Below are positions 17,142 to 25,930 of a stretch of 27,954 nucleotides of DNA, one piece after another. Where the stretch lies: the NCBI GenBank assembly GCA_020859875.1, contig JAJBVJ010000184.1, positions 1 to 27,954 of the forward strand, given 5' to 3'. The translations under genes and the position numbers were made by a program. The stretch comes from Rikenellaceae bacterium. GTDB taxonomy: Bacteria; Bacteroidota; Bacteroidia; Bacteroidales; Rikenellaceae. The notes below the pieces were generated by a model. That model worked only from the letters and a program-made list of their open reading frames with translations. It made no database searches and was not told where the DNA came from. The stretch's first letter is position 1; every line of letters starts with the position of its first letter.

Positions 17142-18160
17142 AGCAGTCGGTCGAATCTCTTTTTCCCGAAGATATACCTCGATATAATCGATCCTTTATA
17201 TACACCCGGCAGCTCTTTCAATGGCCTCCGCGGTGTAGTTTCGCCTTTGCGGAGATCGAGAGATTTTTTCAATCCGCGAAAATCCCGGTGGGCACTCCAT
17301 ACCGCCCGGAAATAGCCGCTGCGGAATGTCACCAGGTATATAAGCGCCGAAATACCGTCCAGAGCCATCCTTGCGGTTATAGTCATACCCCTCCTGTCCG
17401 GCGGAAGATTTTTATAAAGCATATAAAGGTTGTTCCGGTAATTAAGGTATAGCTTACGGGGATTACTCACGGGCAGGGTGCCTCCCCCGAGATGGTAAAC
17501 TTTAGAAGCGGGAACCACCGCCGAAGCATATCCCGCAAGACGGGCCCTCCAGCAAAAATCTATCTCTTCCATGTGGGCGAAAAATTCGCCGTCGAATCCA
17601 TCTAACTTCCGGAAAACTTCCGAACGCACCATCATGCAGGCCCCCGTAGCCCAGAAGACCTCTCTTGCATCGTCGTATTGCCCCGAGTCATTTTCCACTG
17701 TTCGCAATATCCTTCCGCGGCAAAAGGGATAACCCAGTGCATCGATAAAACCGCCGCTCGCACCGGCATATTCGAAATATTCCCTGTCGAGCCAGGAAAG
17801 TATTTTCGGTGCAGCCGCGGCAGTTGCGGGGTGGGCATCCATGTAATAAATAAGCGGTTCCAGCCAGCCGGCAGGGGTATGTACATCCGAATTCAACAGG
17901 ACAAAGTATTCGCAGTCGACAAACAGGGGATCGGATAATGCCCTGTTATATCCTTCGGCAAAGCCGTAATTTTTCTCCAGCCGGATAACATTCACACCCG
18001 TAAATTTGCTCTCTACCACCTGTGACGATCCGTCTTCCGAACCGTTGTCGGCAATGGTAATCCCTATCCCGGGAGGGGTATTTTCGATGACGGACGGAAG
18101 GAAGGACAGCAGGTGCTCCTTCCCGTTCCAATTCAGTATCACGATCTCAATACGTGCCAT
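17138..18160 (-). CDS. Glycosyltransferase family 2
   Basis: IVILNWNG, IADNGSEDGS, NYGFAEGYN, LLNSD, EVFWATGAC, HMEEIDFCWR, VYHLGGGT. Confidence 0.92.
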   Translation of the reverse strand: MARIEIVILNWNGKEHLLSFLPSVIENTPPGIGITIADNGSEDGSSQVVESKFTGVNVIRLEKNYGFAEGYNRALSDPLFVDCEYFVLLNSDVHTPAGWLEPLIYYMDAHPATAAAAPKILSWLDREYFEYAGASGGFIDALGYPFCRGRILRTVENDSGQYDDAREVFWATGACMMVRSEVFRKLDGFDGEFFAHMEEIDFCWRARLAGYASAVVPASKVYHLGGGTLPVSNPRKLYLNYRNNLYMLYKNLPPDRRGMTITARMALDGISALIYLVTFRSGYFRAVWSAHRDFRGLKKSLDLRKGETTPRRPLKELPGVYKGSIISRYIFGKKRFDRLL

Positions 18161-19094
18161 CCTGCCCCACGACCGTTATTTTTCCATCGCAGTAGTACCT
18201 GCTGCCCTGACGGAATTTCCGCTTCCATCGCTTATGCGACCACATCCAATACTCGGGTGCAGACCTTATATTTTTTTCGAGCATCGCAGCATAGCGGGCG
18301 GTAATCTCACCCTCCGGAACATTCTCCCGGCCGTCGTATATCATAACAAAGCGCGAAGTATAACGCGCCTTACCGATCTTTTTTACCTCGGTATAATATA
18401 CCGGCATAGACAACTTGCGGGCTATTCGGTCTATCCCCGAATTGAAAATCGTTTTCTGGTTCAAAAAGTCGAACCACATTACATGGTCGTTGCTCGTTCG
18501 CGCACTCTGGTCGGCGATCATGCCTATGGCGAGGTTTCTTTCTGAAGACTGCTTTTTTTGCAGGATATACCGCATCAGAATTTTCATAGACACCGGCTCC
18601 ATCCCGAACCTCGACCGGGAAAAGCGGTAAAATTCGTCCAGCGCCTTATCTTTTACCGGACGATAAACCCCGACCACCTGCGAAGAGGTATGGAACTGGT
18701 ATACCGTAAAATATTCCCAGCATCCGTAATGTGCCATGGCGGCAATCCAGTCTTTACCGGCCACCTCTTTTTCATGCTCGCTGGCATTTTCGAATACCAC
18801 GCGTTTTTTCGCCTCCTCCGGAGTAATCGAGACAACATCGATAGTATCTATGAATACTTCGGCAAGATGCCTGTAAAATCCCTTCTCGATGGTTCTTAGC
18901 TCACTCACCGTTTTCTCCGGGAAAGAGGCTTTAAGGTTTCGTCTTACGACCCTGATGCGGTAACGGAAAATCCGATAAAGCAAAAAATAGAAGGTGTAAA
19001 GTACAGGACCGTAGAGCAGTCCGGTGGGCAGAAGACCCACCGCCCTGTTTATATTCAATACCAGGTGGTATTTTATTTTTTGTCCCTTCGTCAT
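18147..19094 (-). CDS. Lipid A biosynthesis acyltransferase (LpxL/HtrB family)
   Basis: NLKASFPEK, AHYGCWE (HxGxWE), IADQS, FLNQKT, PEYWMWSHKRWK. Confidence 0.88.
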   Translation of the reverse strand: MTKGQKIKYHLVLNINRAVGLLPTGLLYGPVLYTFYFLLYRIFRYRIRVVRRNLKASFPEKTVSELRTIEKGFYRHLAEVFIDTIDVVSITPEEAKKRVVFENASEHEKEVAGKDWIAAMAHYGCWEYFTVYQFHTSSQVVGVYRPVKDKALDEFYRFSRSRFGMEPVSMKILMRYILQKKQSSERNLAIGMIADQSARTSNDHVMWFDFLNQKTIFNSGIDRIARKLSMPVYYTEVKKIGKARYTSRFVMIYDGRENVPEGEITARYAAMLEKNIRSAPEYWMWSHKRWKRKFRQGSRYYCDGKITVVGQDGTY

Positions 19095-19098
19095 AGGG

Positions 19099-19890
19099 TC
19101 AGCGAACCGTCTTTATAAATTCCTCGTAAATATAGCGGTTGGAGGCCACAATTTCCCGTCCGAAAATATAGTTACCGCCCCCGCTGTTGTCCGAGACCAC
19201 CGCTCCGGCCCTCCGGGCAATAAACGCTCCCGCGGCAACGTCCCACGGCGCGAGGTTTCTCTGAAAGAAAGCGTCAAGCCTGCCGCAGGCGACCCATACG
19301 AGGTCTGCCGCGGCGGAGCCGATCCGGCGGATGCCGTCCGTATTTTCCTGATACCATGCGATGCGGTCGAGCGACCGGCCGACAGGCTCTCCGGGAAGAT
19401 ATGAAAATCCCACTGCTATCAAGCAGTTACGGAGGGATTCAACCCCGGAAGCCCTTATTTCCCGTCCGTCGAGATATGAAGGGGAATCTTCCCATGCATA
19501 GAACGTCTCGCCGAGGGTGATCTCGTAAACCACACCGATCACAACTTCATCGCCCTTGATAAGAGCAATGCTCACACAATAGGGTGGAAGCCCGTGAATG
19601 AAATTGGTCGTGCCGTCCAACGGATCGACGACCCATCGGAATTCTTGGCCGTCGCTGCCTGCCGTACCCTCCTCGGTGATAAAACCGGCACCGGGAAGTA
19701 ACTTTGAAAGGTCGTCGACAATCATCTTCTCCGCTTCCTTGTCCACATAAGATACAAGGTCGTGTGCTCCCTTTTCCTCTATCTTTTCCGGAGTAAATAT
19801 TTCCCTTTGTCCGGCAATATACCCTCCCGCTTTACGGGCCGTAGTGCACACCCCGAAACAAAGTTCCCTATAATCTATGTTAAAAGCCAT
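19099..19890 (-). CDS. suhB: Inositol monophosphatase family protein
   Basis: DLVSYVD, ITEE, WVVDPLDGTTNFIHG, RRIGSAAADL, WDVAAG. Confidence 0.92.
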   Translation of the reverse strand: MAFNIDYRELCFGVCTTARKAGGYIAGQREIFTPEKIEEKGAHDLVSYVDKEAEKMIVDDLSKLLPGAGFITEEGTAGSDGQEFRWVVDPLDGTTNFIHGLPPYCVSIALIKGDEVVIGVVYEITLGETFYAWEDSPSYLDGREIRASGVESLRNCLIAVGFSYLPGEPVGRSLDRIAWYQENTDGIRRIGSAAADLVWVACGRLDAFFQRNLAPWDVAAGAFIARRAGAVVSDNSGGGNYIFGREIVASNRYIYEEFIKTVR

Positions 19891-19893
19891 ACT

Positions 19894-20598
19894 TTACACT
19901 TCACTGATCGTTTCCTTTTTCTTTCGCTTGCTTCTTCCTGCCACCACGATAACGAATTCTCCCCGCGGCTCGTTCCGCTCGAACCGCTGGACAAGTTCCC
20001 CGAGAGTCCCCCTTACCGTCTGCTCGAATTTTTTTGATATTTCCCTCGACACCGACGCTTCTCTATCGGACCCGAACAATTCCGCGAATCCGGAGAGGGT
20101 TTTTACGACCCGGTACGGTGATTCGTAAAATACCATCGTCCGTGTCTCGTCGGTCAGTTCCGCAAGCCTTTTCGAACGCCCCTTTTTATGGGGAAGGAAG
20201 CCTTCGAAACAGAATCGGTCGCACGGGAGCCCACTTTGGATCAACGCCGGAATCAGGGCGGTAGCACCCGGAAGTGTCTCAACCTCGATCCCCTTTTCTA
20301 CACAGGTGCGAACCAGCAGGAACCCCGGATCGGATATGCCCGGTGTACCGGCGTCGGACACAAGGGCGACGCTCTGCCCCCCGGCGATACGATCCGCTAT
20401 CAATTCGACGGTTGCATGTTCATTGAATTTATGATGCGAGATTATCTTCTTTTCGATCCCCAGATGTTTGAGTAAAAAGGAGGTGGTGCGGGTATCTTCG
20501 GCCAGAATAAGGTCGACATCCGAGAGGGTTTGTACCGCCCGAACAGTAATATCGTCGAGATTACCTATCGGGGTCGGAACGATATATAATTTTGACAT
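19894..20598 (-). CDS. rsmI: 16S rRNA (cytidine1402-2'-O)-methyltransferase
   Basis: LYIVPTPIGNLDDIT, AEDTRT, LVSDAGTPGISDPG, FYESPYR, REISKKFE, RGEFVIVV. Confidence 0.95.
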   Translation of the reverse strand: MSKLYIVPTPIGNLDDITVRAVQTLSDVDLILAEDTRTTSFLLKHLGIEKKIISHHKFNEHATVELIADRIAGGQSVALVSDAGTPGISDPGFLLVRTCVEKGIEVETLPGATALIPALIQSGLPCDRFCFEGFLPHKKGRSKRLAELTDETRTMVFYESPYRVVKTLSGFAELFGSDREASVSREISKKFEQTVRGTLGELVQRFERNEPRGEFVIVVAGRSKRKKKETISEV

Positions 20599-20616
20599 GT
20601 GCTTTACCGCCGGTGG

Positions 20617-21456
20617 TTATGATAATTTACGGGTGAGAAGGTCGACGATAAGTTTCACCGCCTCGTCGTCCGGATTCCAGCTGAAGTTCTCATGGATATA
20701 AATAAGCGCCTGGTCAAGATCGTCGAAACCGTCCAATTCCGAGATTACCCTTTCATAAGTTTCCGAGTCTCCGTCGAACAGGCTCCGGATAATTAGGAAC
20801 TTATCGTTTATCCCGATGGATTTGCGAATACCGTCTACCTTTCCGGAACTAAGCACCGAAGCTATGTCCGTTGTCGTGCTATTTTCACTGTAGACATCCG
20901 CCACGGTTTGGCCCCCTTGGCCAATTACTTCTGCCATCACCTGTACGGGTTCGGCTATCTCCTCCCGAGATTGCCCCACGAGAGATTTTTCCGCCGAACA
21001 CATATTTTCCTTCTTTGTTTCGAGATCGTTTTTCTCTTCGGCTTTAACGGGCATGGGATCGTCGCCGTAAAGCGACAATATTACTTTTTTGTCGAATTTG
21101 GCTTTCGCAGGCATTTCTTCCGGAGTGAACAAAATATTTTCGGCAAACTCCTCTTTTTCGTCCGGCGAATTTACAATGGAGGAAGGCTGCCCCGCGTGAT
21201 CATCTTCCTGTGTTGAAGATGGCACCCGGGTCACTTCCACAGGGGGAACGACGGGTACCTGTTCCGGTTCGCGTTCGTTTCCCGGCTGCCCGGCTACGGT
21301 CAACGGTTCGGATTCGGCATTCCCGAACTTCACCCTTTCATATGCCTTCCGCAAATTGTCCACCACAATATCCTTTTCTATTTGCGAAGGTTCGTTGCCG
21401 TCCCAACTCTCTATTATCTTGCATGTAAGGCGTAATATATCCAGTGTGTTTTTCAT
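20617..21456 (-). CDS. Conserved hypothetical protein with acidic linker and C-terminal KSIGINDKFLIIRSLF domain
   Basis: 279-aa ORF with its own promoter at the head of the rsmI operon. The C-terminal motif is recalled from Bacteroidota hypotheticals and was not verified. Confidence 0.75.
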   Translation of the reverse strand: MKNTLDILRLTCKIIESWDGNEPSQIEKDIVVDNLRKAYERVKFGNAESEPLTVAGQPGNEREPEQVPVVPPVEVTRVPSSTQEDDHAGQPSSIVNSPDEKEEFAENILFTPEEMPAKAKFDKKVILSLYGDDPMPVKAEEKNDLETKKENMCSAEKSLVGQSREEIAEPVQVMAEVIGQGGQTVADVYSENSTTTDIASVLSSGKVDGIRKSIGINDKFLIIRSLFDGDSETYERVISELDGFDDLDQALIYIHENFSWNPDDEAVKLIVDLLTRKLS

Positions 21457-21481
21457 TTTAGCGGTTTTACATTGACAGTCC

Positions 21482-21512
21482 CAAAGTTACGGTTATTCCG
21501 GTTATTATCAAA
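21482..21512 (-). promoter_or_regulatory. Consensus Bacteroidota promoter (-33 TTTG, N19, -7 TAACTTTG)
   Basis: Plus strand CAAAGTTA at 21482-21489 and CAAA at 21509-21512, 19 bp apart. Confidence 0.8.
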
Positions 21513-21684
21513 CCTTTTTACCGGCAAAAAACAGCGGCTGAACGTTCATGGGGGCCCTTACGCAGACCATAAAAATCGAGTGTCTATTTTCCGCTTTAGG
21601 AAACCGGGCGCCGACCGATGTGTCAATATTGTGTAATTATTCCGTTTTGGCTGCGGAACGATTATTTTTTTATTATTAAATGTT

Positions 21685-21692
21685 TATATTTG
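21685..21692 (+). promoter_or_regulatory. -7 promoter element for NYN gene
   Basis: TATATTTG in AT-rich DNA, 69 bp upstream of ATG 21762. Confidence 0.6.
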
Positions 21693-21761
21693 TGGAGCTG
21701 ATTTATTGAAGCTTATTATTAAATATAGATATATATTCATCACACTACGTATATCATACCC

Positions 21762-22655
21762 ATGACAAATTTTAATCCACCGCTCCGCATAGGAGTGTTT
21801 TACGACGGTAATTTTCTTCTCCACGCTTCAAACTACTACAACTATTTCCACCCGCAAAGGCGCCGCTTGAGTATCGGCGGACTGCACGAATATATCAAAA
21901 AGCGTGTAGCAGAAGAGGAGGATTTCGATCCGCGCAAATGCCATATTGTCGAATCACATTATTTCCGCGGCAGAATTAATGCTGCCGAAGCCGCCCAAAG
22001 GGGAAACCAGCTCTACAACGACAGGGTTTTCGAGGACATACTGATGGCCGAGGGGATTCAGACCCATTACCTTCCGCTGCGTAACTTTTCCGGAAGGAAA
22101 GAGGAGCGCGGCATAGATGTATGGCTTTCTCTGGAAGTTTTCGAATTTGCCATAACCCGCAGGATCGATGTGGCTGTTCTTATCGTTTCGGACACCGATT
22201 ACGCCCCGCTGCTGCGAAAACTAACTTCGCTCGGCACCCGCGTTATGCTGATAAGCTGGGAATTCGACTACACCAACGACGACGGCATCAAGGTCGTTAC
22301 AAAAACTTCCCATGAGCTCCTGCAGCTTGCAACCTACCCTATCCCCATGCACGATGAGATAGAGGACGGATTGGAGGATGACGATCCCGACATCACCGCC
22401 CTGTTCGTAGACAGCGAGGCAAGGGAAGAGGAGCGGAACAGCTACAACGAGAGGCCGCGCGAAAAAAGCGAGATACTCAGCATCAAAAACGGTTTCGGAT
22501 TTGTCAAATATCCCAACAACAACCTCTATTTTCATATGCAGGACGTTGTAGGGGACTTTTTCGATCTGGCCCCCGGCGATCCGGTAGAGTTCGTAATCGA
22601 CAAGAACCAGCAGAAACAGGATGTAGCCAAGAGTGTCCGCAAACTGATCGAATAG
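21762..22655 (+). CDS. NYN (LabA/DUF88, PIN-like) domain protein with C-terminal cold-shock domain
   Basis: IGVFYDGNF, ERGIDV, IVSDTDY acidic PIN-like motifs. C-terminal GFGFV and LYFHMQDV (RNP1/RNP2-like) and GDPVEF. Confidence 0.88.
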   Translation: MTNFNPPLRIGVFYDGNFLLHASNYYNYFHPQRRRLSIGGLHEYIKKRVAEEEDFDPRKCHIVESHYFRGRINAAEAAQRGNQLYNDRVFEDILMAEGIQTHYLPLRNFSGRKEERGIDVWLSLEVFEFAITRRIDVAVLIVSDTDYAPLLRKLTSLGTRVMLISWEFDYTNDDGIKVVTKTSHELLQLATYPIPMHDEIEDGLEDDDPDITALFVDSEAREEERNSYNERPREKSEILSIKNGFGFVKYPNNNLYFHMQDVVGDFFDLAPGDPVEFVIDKNQQKQDVAKSVRKLIE

Positions 22656-22725
22656 CGGAGCCGACAAAAAAAGAGAACTTAATCGAAATCGAATAAAGAC
22701 AAATAATCATATTGTGTGGTGGAAT

Positions 22726-22749
22726 AACCCCGGCCTTCCGGCCGGGGTT
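22726..22749. terminator. Intrinsic terminator hairpin, possibly bidirectional
   Basis: Perfect 10-bp stem AACCCCGGCC-TTCC-GGCCGGGGTT with T-rich flanks on both strands. Confidence 0.8.
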
Positions 22750-22881
22750 TGTGTTGGACCCACCTGGATATCCACCCGCTCATGGCTAAAGGTCATTTAG
22801 GGTCATTTTATATGATAAATAAGGAGACCCGGACAATTCCGGGAAACCTGCCCGGCCGTACTACTTTTCCTATAATTTAAA

Positions 22882-23183
22882 AATATAGGAGGCGCCTGGG
22901 CAATCTTTCGCAAACCAGTTTGCTTCGATTGCTCTCGGCTTTCAGTATCTTTACAGAAGATAAGATGCGCCTCGGCAATCTTTCGCAAACGAGTTTGCTT
23001 TCGATTGCTCTCGGCTTTCACTATCTTTACAGAAAATAGGATGCGCCTCGGCAATCTTTCGCAAACGAGTTTGCTTTCGATTGCTCTCGGCTTTCACTAT
23101 CTTTACAGAAAATAGGATGCGCCTCGGCAATCTTTCGCAAACGAGTTTGCTTCGATTGCTCTCGGCTTTCACTATCTTTGCAC
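22882..23183. repeat. Tandem array of four 75-76 bp structured repeats
   Basis: Units 22882-22956, 22957-23032, 23033-23108, 23109-23183. Consensus AAAATAGGATGCGCCTCGGCAATCTTTCGCAAACGAGTTTGCTT(T)CGATTGCTCTCGGCTTTCACTATCTTTACAG. Confidence 0.97.
23173..23180 (+). promoter_or_regulatory. -7 promoter element of ychF, inside the last repeat copy
   Basis: TATCTTTG, 26 bp before ATG 23207. The other three copies read TATCTTTA. Confidence 0.65.
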
Positions 23184-23206
23184 ATCCAATCAAACCGAAA
23201 ACATAT

Positions 23207-24310
23207 ATGACATTGCAATGCGGCATAGTGGGCCTTCCGAATGTAGGTAAATCCACTCTCTTTAACTGTCTTTCAAATGCGAAGGCCCAGGCGGCCAATT
23301 TCCCCTTCTGTACCATCGAACCCAACGTGGGCGTTATAACCGTTCCGGACGAACGCCTTGCGGAGCTGGCCCGGATAGACAACCCGAAAAAGGTTATCCC
23401 GACCACAATCGAAATAGTAGACATTGCAGGCCTTGTAAAAGGAGCTTCGAAAGGCGAGGGTCTGGGCAATAAATTCCTGGGCAACATCCGAAATACCGAT
23501 GCTATTATCCACGTTCTCAGGTGCTTCGAGAACGACAATATAACCCATGTGGACGGCAGCATAAACCCGGTGCGCGACAAGGAGATTATAGATACGGAAC
23601 TGCAGCTGCGCGATCTGGAGACGGTGGAAAGCCGCCTCGGCAAAATACAGAAGCAGGCACAGACGGGCGGTGACAAAACTGCCAAAAGAATGTACGATAT
23701 CCTCCTTAAATACCGGCAGGCTCTCAGTCAGGGCCGCAATGCACGGACTGTGGAGATAGACAATAAAGAGGATAAAAAACTCGTAGACGAACTCACACTA
23801 CTAACCGACAAACCCGTTCTCTATGTATGTAATGTCGATGAGGGGAGCGCCGCCGCCGGTAACCGGTTCGTCGAGGCGGTGCGAAAGTCGGTAGAAGGTG
23901 AGAATGCTGAAATATTGGTGGTAGCCGCCGCCATCGAAGCCGACATTGCAGAACTCGAAACCCACCAGGAGCGGCAGATGTTCCTCGAAGAGGCCGGCTT
24001 AACGGAGAGCGGGGTTACCCGGCTCATCAAGGCCGCTTACAAACTGCTCGATCTGGAAACCTACTTTACTACAGGCCCTGACGAATCCCGCGCCTGGACG
24101 TATCGTCGGGGAACTAAAGCGCCGCAGGCCGCGGGTATCATCCACACCGACTTCGAGCGCGGGTTTATCCGTGCGGAGGTTATAAAATATAACGACTACG
24201 TGGAGCTCGGCTCGGAAAAGGCATGCCGCGAACTCGGCAAAATAGCCATAGAGGGCAAGGAGTATGTGGTTCAGGACGGAGATATTATGCACTTCCTCTT
24301 CAATGTTTGA
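23207..24310 (+). CDS. ychF: Redox-regulated ATPase YchF
   Basis: CGIVGLPNVGKSTLF, ANFPFCTIEPN, DIAGLVKGASKGEGLGNKFL, IHTDFERGFIRAEV, YVVQDGD. True start is ATG 23207 (367 aa); the ORF-track extension runs through the repeats. Confidence 0.97.
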   Translation: MTLQCGIVGLPNVGKSTLFNCLSNAKAQAANFPFCTIEPNVGVITVPDERLAELARIDNPKKVIPTTIEIVDIAGLVKGASKGEGLGNKFLGNIRNTDAIIHVLRCFENDNITHVDGSINPVRDKEIIDTELQLRDLETVESRLGKIQKQAQTGGDKTAKRMYDILLKYRQALSQGRNARTVEIDNKEDKKLVDELTLLTDKPVLYVCNVDEGSAAAGNRFVEAVRKSVEGENAEILVVAAAIEADIAELETHQERQMFLEEAGLTESGVTRLIKAAYKLLDLETYFTTGPDESRAWTYRRGTKAPQAAGIIHTDFERGFIRAEVIKYNDYVELGSEKACRELGKIAIEGKEYVVQDGDIMHFLFNV

Positions 24311-24334
24311 TTTAAGTAATTAAACAATTTTATA

Positions 24335-25858
24335 ATGGAAAAAGTAAGGGTACGCTTCGCCCCCAGTCCAACGGGTCCGCTGCATATAGGAGGGGTAAGG
24401 ACAGCCCTCTATAATTACCTGTTCGCACGCCGAAACGGTGGAGAGTTCATTCTACGGATCGAAGATACCGACTCCCAGCGTTATGTGGAAGGTGCTGAAA
24501 AATACATCACCGATTCCCTCGCATGGGCGGGAATTACCGTCGACGAAGGGGTCGGTGTCGGCGGGCCTTATGCCCCCTACCGCCAGAGCGAAAGAAAAGA
24601 GATCTACCTCGAATATGCTCTCCGGTTGGTCGATTCGGCAAATGCCTATTATGCTTTCGATACACCTGAGTCGCTAGAGGAAATGCGAATTAGAGCGGAA
24701 TCACGGGGTGAGACCTTCGCATATAATTATGCCGTTAGAAACAGCCTCGATAACTCTCTGAATCTCACGGAAGAGGAAGTAAAGGAGAGGATCTCGCGTG
24801 GAGACCAGTGGGTAATCCGCTTCAAAATGCCCGAAAACGAAGAGGTGGTAATGAACGACCTTATCAGGGAAGAAGTCAGGGTGAACACATCGACACTCGA
24901 TGATAAAGTGCTATATAAGTCGGCGGACAGCTTGCCGACTTACCATCTGGCAAATATTGTCGACGACCGTCTTATGGAAATATCCCACGTAATACGCGGA
25001 GAAGAATGGCTGCCTTCCCTGCCGCTCCATGTATTACTGTACCGGGCACTGGGCTGGAGCGACAGCATGCCGCAGTTCGCCCACCTGCCCCTGCTTCTAA
25101 AACCGACGGGTCAGGGAAAATTGAGTAAAAGAGACGGAGATAAAATGGGATTTCCGGTCTTCCCTCTAAAGTGGGTCTCGCCCAGCGGTGAAGTATCGCG
25201 CGGTTACCGTGAAGACGGCTATTTCCCCGAGGCTTTTATAAATATGCTGGCGTTACTCGGTTGGAATCCCGGGACGGAGCAGGAAATATTCTCGATGGAA
25301 GAACTGGAAAGGCTCTTCTCTCTCGACAGGGTAGGCAAATCGGGGGCGAGGTTCAGCCCCGACAAGGCTAAATGGTTTAATGCCCAGTATATGCACCTGA
25401 AACCGGACAGCGAACTTACCGCACTGTTCATGCCCGTGCTGAAAGAAAAAGGGATTACGATCACCGAAGAAAAAGCGCAAAAGATCGTAAGCCTTATAAA
25501 ACCTCGTGCCACTTTCGTAAATGAGTTTTGGGAGTTGTCGTCTTTCTTTTTCGTGGCTCCCGACCGGTACGATGAAAAGACGGCCTCAAAATTCTGGAAA
25601 GGCGAAAACCCGGCAAGAATCCGGGAATTATACGGTGTTCTGGAATCGACGGAAGATTTTTCTGCCGGCCCACTCCATGATAAAGTTGCCGCATGGATTA
25701 CGGAAAATGACTACCCGATGGGGCAGGTGATGAATTGTCTAAGGCTTGCACTCGTTGGAGCGGCAAAGGGACCCGACCTTTTCGAGATCGTCTCTATCCT
25801 CAGCAAAGAGGAAACACTGTCCCGTATGGCCAAAGCGCTGGAAATATTGGACAAATAA
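24335..25858 (+). CDS. gltX: Glutamate--tRNA ligase
   Basis: [17 protein letters not shown] (HIGH), [28 protein letters not shown] (KMSKS). Confidence 0.97.
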   Translation: MEKVRVRFAPSPTGPLHIGGVRTALYNYLFARRNGGEFILRIEDTDSQRYVEGAEKYITDSLAWAGITVDEGVGVGGPYAPYRQSERKEIYLEYALRLVDSANAYYAFDTPESLEEMRIRAESRGETFAYNYAVRNSLDNSLNLTEEEVKERISRGDQWVIRFKMPENEEVVMNDLIREEVRVNTSTLDDKVLYKSADSLPTYHLANIVDDRLMEISHVIRGEEWLPSLPLHVLLYRALGWSDSMPQFAHLPLLLKPTGQGKLSKRDGDKMGFPVFPLKWVSPSGEVSRGYREDGYFPEAFINMLALLGWNPGTEQEIFSMEELERLFSLDRVGKSGARFSPDKAKWFNAQYMHLKPDSELTALFMPVLKEKGITITEEKAQKIVSLIKPRATFVNEFWELSSFFFVAPDRYDEKTASKFWKGENPARIRELYGVLESTEDFSAGPLHDKVAAWITENDYPMGQVMNCLRLALVGAAKGPDLFEIVSILSKEETLSRMAKALEILDK

Positions 25859-25872
25859 ACCGGAACCGTATA

Positions 25873-25905
25873 TTTGCCGCTTATCGAACAAAAACATTAT
25901 CTTTG
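25873..25905 (+). promoter_or_regulatory. Consensus Bacteroidota promoter (-33 TTTG, N21, -7 TATCTTTG)
   Basis: TTTG 25873-25876 and TATCTTTG 25898-25905, ahead of ATG 25931. Confidence 0.75.
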
Positions 25906-25930
25906 GGTTGATCTTTTTAGCGCCTTCTTT

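Noticed and set aside
22882-23183. CRISPR array
   Set aside because: Units are nearly identical over their whole length with no unique spacers, and there are no cas genes in the window.
21762-23183. Canonical type III toxin-antitoxin locus
   Set aside because: The repeats lie downstream of the nuclease gene, beyond its terminator, and the protein shows no recognisable ToxN/CptN/TenpN features. Kept only as a weak linkage hypothesis.
22803-23685. ORFs 22803-23054, 22951-23685, 23027-23218 and the 42-aa N-terminal extension of YchF
   Set aside because: They are translations of the repeat array or antisense to ychF. YchF homology begins at ATG 23207.
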